Under the pieces are notes generated by a model. The model searched no databases, was not told the DNA's origin, and was given only the letters and a program-made list of their open reading frames with translations. DNA of 64,000 nt. Source: Zancudomyces culisetae HAW-14-8 (Eukaryota; Fungi; Kickxellomycota). The stretch spans positions 1,420,059 to 1,484,058 of the forward strand of contig JBNJNM010000010.1 in NCBI GenBank assembly GCA_052426225.1, given 5' to 3'. Positions 38,158-50,200 of this stretch are shown here, one piece after another. Made by a program: the position numbers and the translations under genes. The first letter of the stretch is position 1, and the number at the start of each line of letters is the position of its first letter.

Positions 38158-41047
38158 ATTCCACTATATAACAGTTGTATTAGATTCAATTAATTATGAA
38201 TTCTAACTGGTTCTACTAGAGGGGTGGTATCACTAGACTGGGTTTAACCCTTTTCACTAGTTACCACTTTCTAGTCATACATATAAATGGAACCGGAACA
38301 TTTATATGGGTCAAAATTTGACAATTTATTTAAGATTCAAAATAATAATTTCTTAAATACTAAATTTTACTAGAAAAACTAATAAAATTACTAACTATAA
38401 AATTAACCAATAGTATGCAAACATTCTATTTTGCATACAACAGTTGTGTTATATTTTTTATGTACTATCTGATCAGTACGTTTGAGTAGCCTGCTGTTTA
38501 ATTCAGCTACTTCTGGTTCCGGTTGTGTAGCTAGTATCTTAACCGTGTATGCTTGTTTATGTTTTAATTATTATATTTATACTTAGATACTTATACTATT
38601 AATCTTGATTTGTTTATTTACGATAGTGTTATTAGGTAATGAGAGTAAAACTAATAGTTATTGATTATGTAAAAAAAGTTAGATTCAAAAAACTAATTAT
38701 ATCTGTTGTTTTTTCTCTGCACCTTTGTGCCATTTTTTTTGATATTAAATACTAAATAATTAAAAATAAAAATAAACTATTGATAGGTGTTCGATTGGAT
38801 AAAAAAAAACCTTTCGGAAAAAAATCCAACACGAACATTTCGCTATATGACAGTTGTGTCGTGAATTTAAATCATTTCAATTTATATTTTTTTCCAATGG
38901 GTTTTTAATAAATTGCAAAGATGGTTAAATTAAATTCACGTAACATCCTTGTAAATCTGAGAATCACACTGTCATAGATGAGTCATGGGAATCATCTATA
39001 AATGATTTACAACATCTTTTCCCATTCAACAAGGGGAAACCCCCTGTTTCAATAATATTATTATAATTCATATTTCACATGTTTAAAACAGTTATAACTT
39101 TATAATTAAATTTATTATAGTAGTAGTTCGTTAGACCCAAAAAATTATATAAGGGCAAATAATTTCTATCTAGTTTTCGATATGACTTTAGCAAATAAAA
39201 ATATAAAACTATAATATTCACACGACAGTGTTGTCGTATTAGTTTTTATATTATATGTATGGGCACTTTTTCCCACTGGGTTTTTCCCATACATTTGTTT
39301 AATTTTTAGTATTAATATCATTTAATTTTATTAACGCATTTATATGTTTCAAAATAAATCTGTGTAATTTATCATGCGGATAAATTACACCAAACCACGT
39401 GTGTTAACACGGGGTAACGATGCTGTTTTGAGTGAACTGTTAACATGATAAGATATGTAGGGGTAGAAAAGATAATCAACGCATCAATTAATAAAACATG
39501 TTTGAACAACAGAAGAACATGTTAGTGATTTCAAAACAATGTTGACATACAGAAAAACTATATAAATCCAACTTTTCTTCACTTTTTTAAAGGAAGCATC
39601 GAACTAATATTTAACTATCTGATTACTTTAATATATAATAAAACTTAATAAATAAATAATCACTAGTATACAAATAACCTAAATATTACAGTGTGTTGTA
39701 ATTAAGATTGCAGAAATTATCTGAGAGATTTTCTGCAACTAAACCTACATAAAGTTCTGCTAATAGAGGGGGATTGTTACTGGAATTAGTTTTACTTTAT
39801 TTAACCAGTCAACCCTACCTTTATAGCTTTTATTTAATTTAGTTTTATGTATTTATTACTTCAATAAATGCGATAAAACTGGGTACAATTACGCCCAACT
39901 CCTAAAATTTGGTGTGCAAAACAATTAATTTTGGTCCAAAAATTAGACTCTGATACCTTTCTGATACCCTTTGAAAATTGTGTTACGCTTCACTACCTAT
40001 GTATTTTTTTGGTTTTAGGTAGGTTTTTGCTCAAATCACAAATTTCAATTTTATAGAGTAAAATCAAGTATTTTAGAGCAAATTTGTATTTTATTTATGA
40101 ATAACTTTTAAAAATAAAAAGATAAAACCACCAAACTTGTGGTGGGGTTACTAGTAATATACTAGTACCTGACTAGCTATTTTATTAGAACTTTATATAA
40201 TAGAAACTTAAAATAAAAAAATTAAAACTGAATATTTCTCCGACATTTGGGTGATAATTTCACCCTAGTAATCCCAGATTACTAGCTCGAACACCCGAGA
40301 TAACGGTGGTTATTCGGTGTTTGAGAAGCTGTATGCTGTTCATCCAATAGTTTAGCTTGGATGGAACTAAGCATACAACAGTGTTTGTCAGATACTAACG
40401 TTTTTATGCAAGTATCTCTTATATTTTATACTACTATGCTAAATATAAAACTATGTTATTCTATTTTTAAATAATACTATGTTCTATTTCAGACCTAAGT
40501 TGTATATCTTTTTATTCCTAAATTAACTATTTATTGTGTAACTTTTATAAAAAACTAACTAAAAAACTCTTATATAAGATCTACTAAAAAATTATATCAA
40601 AAAACGAAATGTTATTAGAAAAAATCACTAGGATAAAAAAACTAATGCATTTCGGATTCGTAACCAGTTACGAATCGATTGTCAATTTGCTATATGACAA
40701 TTTTGTCTAAAATTAGTAGCATCTTATTGTATATGCACTTTTTCCCAATTGGTTTTTCCTCATACAACGTTTATTAGTTTATTATTAGTCTATTTATAGT
40801 ATTTAAACAATCAGAGACATACACCTACTGATTATTTAGTTAAGAATTGCAACAATATCATAAGGACATGGTTGCAATTGTCTTTCATAGCAGCTAATAG
40901 CTACACCACGTTGTAAACAACCAACGTGGAAAGTTAATCCTAGTACATATTTCTACCTATGAGTATAAAAATCATATCAGAGAATCTAAATAAAAAATCA
41001 TCAGGTAGTTTAATAAAAACACACTAAAATTTATTTTATAGTAGAAA

Positions 41048-41253
41048 TATATACCTGTATTTTCTTGTATTTTATTGGTTAATTTAATTAGTAATATTTT
41101 ATGCATTAAATAGTCTAGTTTTGATTAATTAATAAATTGTCTTTTTCTCCCAAAATAATTATAAACCTAATATATAATAACAAAAGTCCCGTCCTGTATA
41201 ATACTGGGTAATTATATTACTCAGTAGGACGTTAAACATGTATTTATACAACA
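41048..41253 (-). repeat. Inner inverted repeat, right arm (~206 bp)
   Basis: tatatacctgtatt...gtcccgtcctgtataatactgggtaattatattactcagtaggacgttaaacatg is the reverse complement of the left arm. Confidence 0.92.
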
Positions 41254-43574
41254 TATTTAATTGTATGTTGCCATGTTTAAGGTCCCATTTAGTGTTTTTT
41301 ACACCAAATAACACACGGGACGGGTCATTTTACTTACCTTTTATCTATATGCTGCGAATAATATATAGAAAATTATGATTTTGAAAAAGAGGACATTTAT
41401 TTAGTTTACCAAACTTTTCAATTTTATACAATAAAATCTACAAAAAATCTAACTAAAAATTACTAAACACAACTAACCAATGGATATGTTTCGCCTAGTG
41501 TAGGCATACAACAGTCGTAAATTAGAGTTTATTAAGTATAATACATACAGAATTTAGGCAGCGGTTTGATAATTGATACGAGAATCATTGGACGAGTTCA
41601 GACAACAGTTGTCATTTCAGTATCAATTTTTACATAGTTTATATTTACACCTTTTATTTATTTTCTTTATAAATACGACGACAAGGAATTCATTGAATCG
41701 TGTCGGAATAATATCTTTATTCTATATCCTTTATTTATAATTTTATGCTAAATTAAGGTTTAATATTACCAAAATTAATGCTTAGAAAAGTCCTGGACCA
41801 ATTAATAACCAGTAATAAAAACTAGTTTTAGTGTATAAAGTCTTGTACTGTACTTCACTTAATTGAGTTAATATAATGTATTATTACTCGACTATTTTTT
41901 TTAGGAATTTCAATTTATATAAATATTTATAGTATTTTTCATTTATACGTTTATTGTAGTAATAACATTCTGTTCTTTACATTTCCATTGATATTAAAAT
42001 TTGCAAGATAGTAGATTATTTAATTTATCATTTTTTTACTATTTTTACTCAATAAAAATTAGGATATTAACTCCATTTTCCAAATTAAGAAGTTAAACAC
42101 TAACTACTTACTAACTTAAAATACATTATATTTTACAGATCCTATAATTATTAGATTTGAATTTATTGTATATTTCTTTTATATTTTAATTTTTCTCATA
42201 ATTATGGATATATCATAGGCCGTTTAATTTGAATATAATATAGATATTTTTTATTCATATAGATTTCTATTAATATAATGAGATAAAATTACATTAGAAA
42301 TTATTTATGAATTAACTTGTGTTTGTTTAGACAATACCAATAATAATGATCTAACTATTTGTAAAAAAACATATTGTATAAATTTTACAACTAATAAAAT
42401 AATATCATCATAAAAAATGTGATTACTAAACTCTACAGTTATTAGGAAAGATTAATTTATATTTTGCTAATTTGTAACTTTTGAATTTTAACCAAATCTT
42501 ACTGTATCTGCTGCCATTGTAAAATCACAAGAACAGGTTATACACCTGTTATTATGCTATTAAAGTTTAGCCAATTTATATTTGTGGAGCTTTGTACACA
42601 TCTTATTACCATAAACCACTTAAACGAAGATCAAAATAACAATATTTATACTGAAATTTGCTTACGGATAAACCAATTGTATACAGTAGCCATATCATGG
42701 CTACAACATTTTTTTATAAAATTGTATTTATAAGTATATGTATTATCCATTAAGATTGTTTAGTATTATTTAGTCATTTTTTATCGTTAAATAATGGTAT
42801 AAAAGCTATAATCTGCTAAAAACTAAAGCGTCACAACAGAATAGATCACATGATTTTTTAATTTCATTCAGCTACTCTGTATTAGCATAAAAACTAACCA
42901 AATTAATATGTTGGAGCGACTTGGGAAACATCCCATAGCTGCAATATAAACTCAACCACCCCTTGAAATACATGCAAAACATCATTGCTTATAAAAATAA
43001 AAATGACCAGTCTTCTGCGGATTAGGGTTTGGCAATAAGAAGATATTTTCATTCGCCTATTATTTTGATTTAGATCTAAACTCAAAAGTTTTCCAGTTAC
43101 TATTTCTATATTCATAAAAATGTATACTGTGTTATTACTGTTTGATTACGCTATCACATTTGTAATTGCAATCAATACCATTGGAGATTCGTTATACAAC
43201 TGAATAGATTAATAAGCAAATAATCGTAGTTTATCAATTTCTGATTATATTCTTGCCAGGTTTTGCGGTAGAAAAGAAAAAAATGCAAATGATCTAAGTG
43301 GAATGGGATATACCAAATCAAATAGATCTATTACCATTTTTTTTTTTGCATTTAGTACTAAAAAAAACTATTTAAACGCCAATTTATTTCAAACAGAAAG
43401 TTGTAATTAGTATAAATATTACTTTTTTTTAAGATTTTATACTCTGTTTTTAATTACTGGTACAATAAAATATCATATAATATAAAGCAAAGACACAATT
43501 CTAAACCCTAAATCGACTATTGAAGATTGAAAAACAATATTCTGATATAAAAATACTAAGTTTAAACACAAATC

Positions 43575-44537
43575 ATGACTTCAAAATATTTATACAAGGG
43601 CGAAACCGGAATAAACTTCCCAAATGTAAAGTTTATTGTAACAGGGCAATATAAAAATCTACAATTGAATAATGACAAATTTAGTTTAAATGATGAACAT
43701 ACATATAACATAACACTATTTTACTTGGAAGAAACTGTGCCTGAATCATACCCTGATTCTAGTGCTTATTTCAAATATTATTGTAAATATCTATCAAATG
43801 TAAATAATAAATTATCATTATCACATGATAAGAAAAATGCGATATATATCGAGGGGTCAACTTGTAATGATTTATTGCAAGACGATTCGAGTGATATGTT
43901 GGTGAGTAGAGAAGAAAAATATCATCAAATATTCAATATAAGACATGGTGACCTGTATATGGATATGAATTTAAACTTTACCCCCGACAAAGATAGCGCA
44001 GTTAGTTTACAGATATATGCTGAATCAAACTTCACTCATCAAATGAAAGATAACCAATCAGTACCGGCAAAATTTGATGATAAGTATATCACGGCTAACG
44101 GCGTAAATATGTTAAACGACAGCGTGTACTTTATTTTACCGAAATTGGACGCAGAAACCTCTCTTGATTCTTATTTTTTAGAATCCGAATATTCAGATAT
44201 TACTGGCCATAGGGGACGTAAAGATTTTTTAGTTAGCGAAAAATTATATGCTGAAGGAGTTTACTTGAAATTTGAAATGATAAATGGTATATATTATTTA
44301 TTAATTAATGGGTATTATCTAGGCACTACAGCGGATAAGGAAATGCTTGTTTTATACTCAAATGTTAATAAAAATAACATAAAATTGATACTCACAGGTA
44401 TTAAAAGTATGTATTATATAATGGATTATGACGAAGAATATTTCTATGAATATTTTAATGGGAAATATTGCGCTTCTGAATTTTTCAATACAAAAAATAA
44501 CAACAGTGCATCCATATTCCAGTTTATTTCCATTTGA
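43575..44537 (+). CDS. Orphan intronless 320-aa protein, predicted tandem beta-trefoil-like; no signal peptide
   Basis: Long ATG-initiated ORF in very AT-rich DNA where random ORFs are short. Six ~40-50 aa pseudo-repeats of type [FY]xxxxG/KxYLx...LxL...AxxF. Confidence 0.7.
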   Translation: MTSKYLYKGETGINFPNVKFIVTGQYKNLQLNNDKFSLNDEHTYNITLFYLEETVPESYPDSSAYFKYYCKYLSNVNNKLSLSHDKKNAIYIEGSTCNDLLQDDSSDMLVSREEKYHQIFNIRHGDLYMDMNLNFTPDKDSAVSLQIYAESNFTHQMKDNQSVPAKFDDKYITANGVNMLNDSVYFILPKLDAETSLDSYFLESEYSDITGHRGRKDFLVSEKLYAEGVYLKFEMINGIYYLLINGYYLGTTADKEMLVLYSNVNKNNIKLILTGIKSMYYIMDYDEEYFYEYFNGKYCASEFFNTKNNNSASIFQFISI

Positions 44538-45019
44538 AATAGCTTTAATAGTGCTTTTTTACATTTATTTTAATTTCTAATAACCTTTCTGCGTTTGGTG
44601 TGTTTAACTCTGTAATACTTTCTTACTCAATATACAACTTTGTTCTGAAAAAGCGGTCATTTCTCACTTTGTCATTTACGAATACATTTTTCTTTCTCTA
44701 CTTTTACTTTACTATATAATTTTCTATTAAATACGATTAGAATAAATCATCATTTCTATTTTATAGTCATTGATTCACTGTCTTTTTTTAATTTTACTTG
44801 TATTTACTTTAATATCATTTTTAACATATAACTCTGTCGGATCGGAATTGTTAAACTTTTAAGCTAATCAAATCTGCGATTACACATCTCTTTGCATAAA
44901 ATTCTAATAAAACCGATACCTATAATGCTGATTATTTTGTATTCAATTGATATTCTTTATTATTAAAATAAAATACAAGATATATGAAAGTTTAGAATCA
45001 CTATCATATATATAAGTAG

Positions 45020-45800
45020 CTGATGTTACCGATAAACCATTATAATGGGAAGCCTATTGATGTTAGCTATAAGATTAGATCTGGTACTACTGCTAATAAA
45101 GACAAAGGATACCTTAAGTTTGTTTACTAATTTATTATAACTATCTTTTTTACTAACATAATTTTTTAGCTATCTTCTACTATCTGCTTACCTGGCTATC
45201 TAATGAATTACTACGACTAGTTATTAAAAAATTAAATGCCAATACAAATGGCAATGGTATGATTTTTATTTTTGAACTCAAAGCTTTATTTTTTCTAAAT
45301 ACATTATATAATTTATATTATTAGCCTATTCACAACCTTTATAGCTATTAAAGATATTTCCTTACCTAATAACTATTATCACGACTTTAAATAAAGTTAG
45401 TTTGAGAAAAGTGAAAATTTGAAAATATACAAGTATTTCAGTTGACACCTTCGCTTAATTAACATCATTCATTCATTTTTATATACTTGTGATTTTGTTA
45501 TACTTACAATAGCTTTTATATACGTACTAACTTCTCTTTTAGCCAACACTCACACTATTTATTTAACATACCAACTAAAGAATATATTGAAAAACTAACT
45601 ATCTAGTAATGTCTCTAGCTGAAGTTTATTGTTTTTTTGAATTAGACGATAACATATTTTATTTAATGGTTAATTTAGATAATTATGATATTATCATACA
45701 TAATAATAATCAAAGAATTTACCAACACTAATGTTTTTTGATTGATTAAAATGAGCGCAATTGAGTACATTAGATTGTTAAAATAGTAGTATAAAGTAGT
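45020..45800 (+). pseudogene. Possible decayed multi-exon gene
   Basis: Intron-like units 45118-45169 (GTTTGT...TACTAAC...TAG), ~45257-45324 (GTATGA...TAG) and a third ending TACTAACTTCTCTTTTAG at ~45542. Spliced frames hit stops. Confidence 0.3.
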
Positions 45801-46505
45801 AAGTCTATAATTTTAGGTTAAAAACCGTCTGCAATCACTTTAAATTGTTAAGGTATTAAATTAACAAATTCATGTAATTATACGTTAAAAAACTAATAGC
45901 TATTATTAGCGATGAGTATTTGAATAAGTTTCGATTACTATAACATATTTTCTGGGTGCTAATCGTATTTGAGCATGTATTAATTTTGTGAAGTTTCATT
46001 TCAATCAGATACAAAAGTTGTGTCTTGTATAAACATTTCCGTCATAAATCCGCAAAATATATCAAAGTTTAAATTATATTTTTAAAGTATTGAAGGTAAA
46101 TAATGTATAATACCAGCTAAACATTGATACATACAATTGTATTGATTAAATCTTGGAAACTAATGGCTATAATGATTTTAATTAGCTAATCAATAATACA
46201 ATGATTCATAAATACAGTAAATAGAATTAGTTATAAAAGTATTATTTCCAAACTTTACATGCTGAATGATTAGCGAACCAATAAGTACGGTAAATAGATT
46301 ATAATATTGCAAAGTATTGTATACGAATATTAAACCAAATATATATTCTTTGCTATGATTACATTTGAACGTGATAAAGTACAGATTCAGTCAGTTTTAC
46401 TCAGGCCATAGGTTATAATTTAGTTCTATTTCCGTATATAACTTTTGATACTAAAAAACAGTTTTTATGCTATAAAGATTATAAATATTGATAATTGCAA
46501 ACTAC

Positions 46506-47251
46506 TGTCGGGTGAGGTTGGGTGCAGCCTCATCCTTTGTCGGGTTTTTCAATTGTAAAAAAACATGATCCATAATATCAGCAAATGGGTCACGTGATTC
46601 TTTGGGATCCACTTCCATAGAAGTGGCTCCCGAACGGTCACTATCAGATGAGTATCTGCCCTCATCTTTTTCTGACTGGATCCATCTGGGTCTAAATTTA
46701 CTCATGAAACCTGACATTCTTTATGTGAGATTTTAATAGCTTCTAATATGTCAAAACTTAATATTCATTAACTAGCCGTAGCACTATTCCTAATAAACTT
46801 CTTAATTATCCTAAACCTGGATTTTAATTCTGAATTGATATTTATTTATCTTACTTTCCTTTTTCTTATTAAAACTATCAAAAGAGCTGAGGAATCCTCA
46901 TCGAGTCTTCCTTCGCTTATATATATACTATTTTATTTAACCTAATAAAAGCTAATTCAAATAACCTATGTTTCTATTGTATATACTGAGTTGTATCGTG
47001 TGTTATCGTTGTTACTTCGTTTTCGTTTTCATATTGTTCCTATATTTGAATGTTGATTTCCTATAATCTTTTTAATTGTATTTTTCGTTTTATAATTTTT
47101 TTTGTGTTATTATATATATTTTCAAAAAAAATAATTATCATAGTATTTTCAGTGATCAACTTTTAATAGAATGTTAGTTGATTGTTTATGTAGTAAATTA
47201 AATAATTGTTAGAAAATGTGAATTCCGATCGACATCGGAATACACACGACA
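46506..47251 (-). repeat. 3' LTR
   Basis: Same length as, and apparently identical to, 51801-52546. Confidence 0.95.
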
Positions 47252-47263
47252 TCCCCCTCCTTA
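47252..47263 (-). other. Polypurine tract
   Basis: Minus strand AAGGAGGGGGA directly abuts the 3' LTR start TGTCGTG. Confidence 0.9.
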
Positions 47264-47281
47264 AGCTTGAATCGTCCCGAT

Positions 47282-50200
47282 TCATTGACTTGCTATACTT
47301 CGTATAGTCGATCTTGATCGTGCCTTTCGTATTTTTGTAATTTCCTTTCTTGGTTGCATGTATTTAACGAGCCTATCCACATGTACTGTGTCCAAATTGC
47401 CATCGCTGTCTGATATTTCAAAAATTCCGTGTTTTAAAATTTTTGTAATTCTGTATGGGCCAGTATTGCGCTCGTCAAAAATGCCTTGAATATCCTTATT
47501 GCTTCTAAGTACTTTTTCGCCTAATACAAATTCTCTTTGTCTTATGTTTTTGTTGTACCTATTTTCGTCCTGTAATTTAATTTTATTTCCGATCTCGAAC
47601 GCTCGCTTTCTATATCCTTGTAGTTTGTTAATAAATACTCCGTACTGGGTTATATTATTTACTAGATTATTAATATTCATCCTATGTTCCCATATCGCTG
47701 GTGTGAGTAACCTTTGTCCGTATAATATTTCCGCTGGGCTTCTACCTAGTGATCTGTGGTAACTCGTGCGCATTGATAACAACGCACGCCAAATGTATAT
47801 GTCCCAGGTTTTTGGTTTGCTTAGAACATATTTCCGAAGTAGTTGTTTAAGTGTTTGGATAGTTCTCTCTGTTTGTCCATTCGCTTGAGGTCTATAGGCT
47901 ACTATATGATTATGATTAATTCCCAAGAATTGGTTAAATAAACTACACTTTTCATTTGTAAAGTGGGTACCTCTGTCTGTAATAAGTTTTTCGGGTACGC
48001 CATATTTAGATACTATTTCTTCGGCAATAACTGCACATGTGGTATTTCCATCTGCTTTGACTGTAGGAATGGCTATAGGCCATTTCGTAAAGTAATCTAC
48101 GGCAACGTAGATGTACTTATTTCCAGCCTCAGTTACTTCCAAAGGGCCTGCCACGTCGATGCCCCAAATTTGAAATGGACGTGTAGCTTTAATTGAGTGT
48201 AAAGGCTCACTCTTTCTTTCTATATAGTTGCTCCTTTGGCAACGCTCACAGTTCCTAATAATTTTTTTAATTAATTTTCCAGTGTTCGGTGCGTAGTAGT
48301 TATCTTTCAGATAACTACGTGTACCTTCTAGGCCTCGGTGCTGCTCTTGGTGGATTCTTTTAATTAACTCTTCTATCCCACTTGGTTTGGGAAACTCCTT
48401 CCATTTATCTCCATCTTTTTTAAATATTATATCGTTATTTAGTGAATACTTATCTTTCACTTTATTTTCTTGCCTCGTTATTTTGCCTTTTAATTTTTCA
48501 TACCTCTCATCACTAATGTATAATACTTCTTCTTCCTGTATTGCTATCTTTTCATCCCAAGGAAAACGGCTCAAATGATCAGCTGGATTTTTCAAACCGT
48601 CTCGATGTATGACTTCGAAGTCATAATGCCGTAGCTTGGTTACCCAGCGTCCTAGCCTTCCTTTTCCAGGTGTATTTTTAAACAAGTTTACCAACGCTTG
48701 ATGGTCAGTAATAACTGTAAACTTCTTACCATATAGAAAATAGTGGAATTGGTCGATTGCCCATACAATCGCCAATCCCTCCAAATGCGTTATAGCATAA
48801 TTTTGTTCCGCTGGTGCTAGAGTGCGTGATGCATATGCAATAACCTGATCCTTTCCCTCTTTACCTTGTGCTAGTATGGCACCTAATCCTACTGTACTCG
48901 CATCTGTTATCAAGGTAAACGGCTGATCCCATTGTGGATACCTTAATATTGGTTCGTTTATTAGTTTTTCTTTTAATACTTCAAACGCTTCTGAACATTT
49001 TATATCCCAATTGAACTTAACGTCCTTCTTTAATAGTCCGGATATAGGAGCTGCTATTGTGCTAAAACCTTGGATAAACTTTCGATAATAGCCGACTGTT
49101 CCCAAGAAACTTCTGATTCCATGTTTATCTGTTGGTGGTTGTAACTTCTGTACTGCGTTGATCTTGTCTGGGTCCGGTTTCAATCCATCAGCAGATATTA
49201 CATGGCCTAGATATTTCAACTCCTTGTACCCTAACCTTGACTTTTTGCTGTTTAGTTTGATTTTTGCTTCATGTAAACACTTTAATACTTCCTGTATATG
49301 GTCAATATGCTCTTCCCAAGTGTGACTATAGATGATGATATCATCAATATACACCATCACAAACTTCCATAATAACTGCTCCAAAACCTTTTCCATCATA
49401 CGCTGAAACAATGCTGGCGCATTGGTGAGACCGAATGGAAGTACTGTAAATTGGTAGAGTCCTAAGCCTGGCCCTGGAGAAAATGCAGTGATTTCCTGGC
49501 TCGCCTCATCAAGTGGAACCTGCCAGTATCCACTTAGCGCGTCCAAAGATGTAAAGTAAACTGCTCCTTTTAATCGACTCAAGATTTCGTCCATATGGGG
49601 CAATGGATAAGAATCTGTTTTAGTTATTTGGTTTATTTTTCGAAAATCAACGCATATACGTTTTCCTCCATCTTTCTTATTCACCACCACCATTGGTGAG
49701 GAATACGGTGACTTTGATTTAATGATGACTTTTTGCTCTTCCATCTCCTTTAGCTGCGTCAATACCTCTTTCTGTAACTGATGTGCCAGTTTGTATGGCT
49801 TTTGGCGAATTGGGTGTGGTTCTAGCAATTCAATCTTTTCTGGCTCTACGTCCGCGGCATATAGTTCTTCTAACTTTTCGGCGAACATGTCTTGATTTTC
49901 ATTTACTATCAGCTCCAATTTATTTCTCTGACTGCTGTTTAATTTTTCATTTATCATGGTATCTTTTTCCGTTTCAGTTAGCATTACATTTGATTCAGAT
50001 TTCTTGCTATAGACCATTTGAATGGGTACGTAGTGTTCTTGATTATTTATTTTTACACTCATACTTGGAGGTGACATTTTAATATTTGTAGATAGCTGTG
50101 TCATTAGGTTCAATCCTAAAAGCAATAAATCCTTCCTTCCTTGATTGATAATCCTAAAATCTGTTGTGCACTTAAATGTATTAAATTCTAATACAACTGC

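Noticed and set aside
37969-41235. piggyBac-type element with TTAA TSD
   Set aside because: Inverted symmetry continues outside the TTAA, the ends are CGTCC rather than CCY, and no transposase is present; not supportable as a firm call.
37951-41750. CRISPR-like or integron array
   Set aside because: No identical short direct repeats with regular spacers, no cas or integrase gene, and a eukaryotic context. Kept only as an unexplained structured array.
46502-46717. Independent 71-aa gene
   Set aside because: It is the 3' LTR copy of the gag N-terminus.
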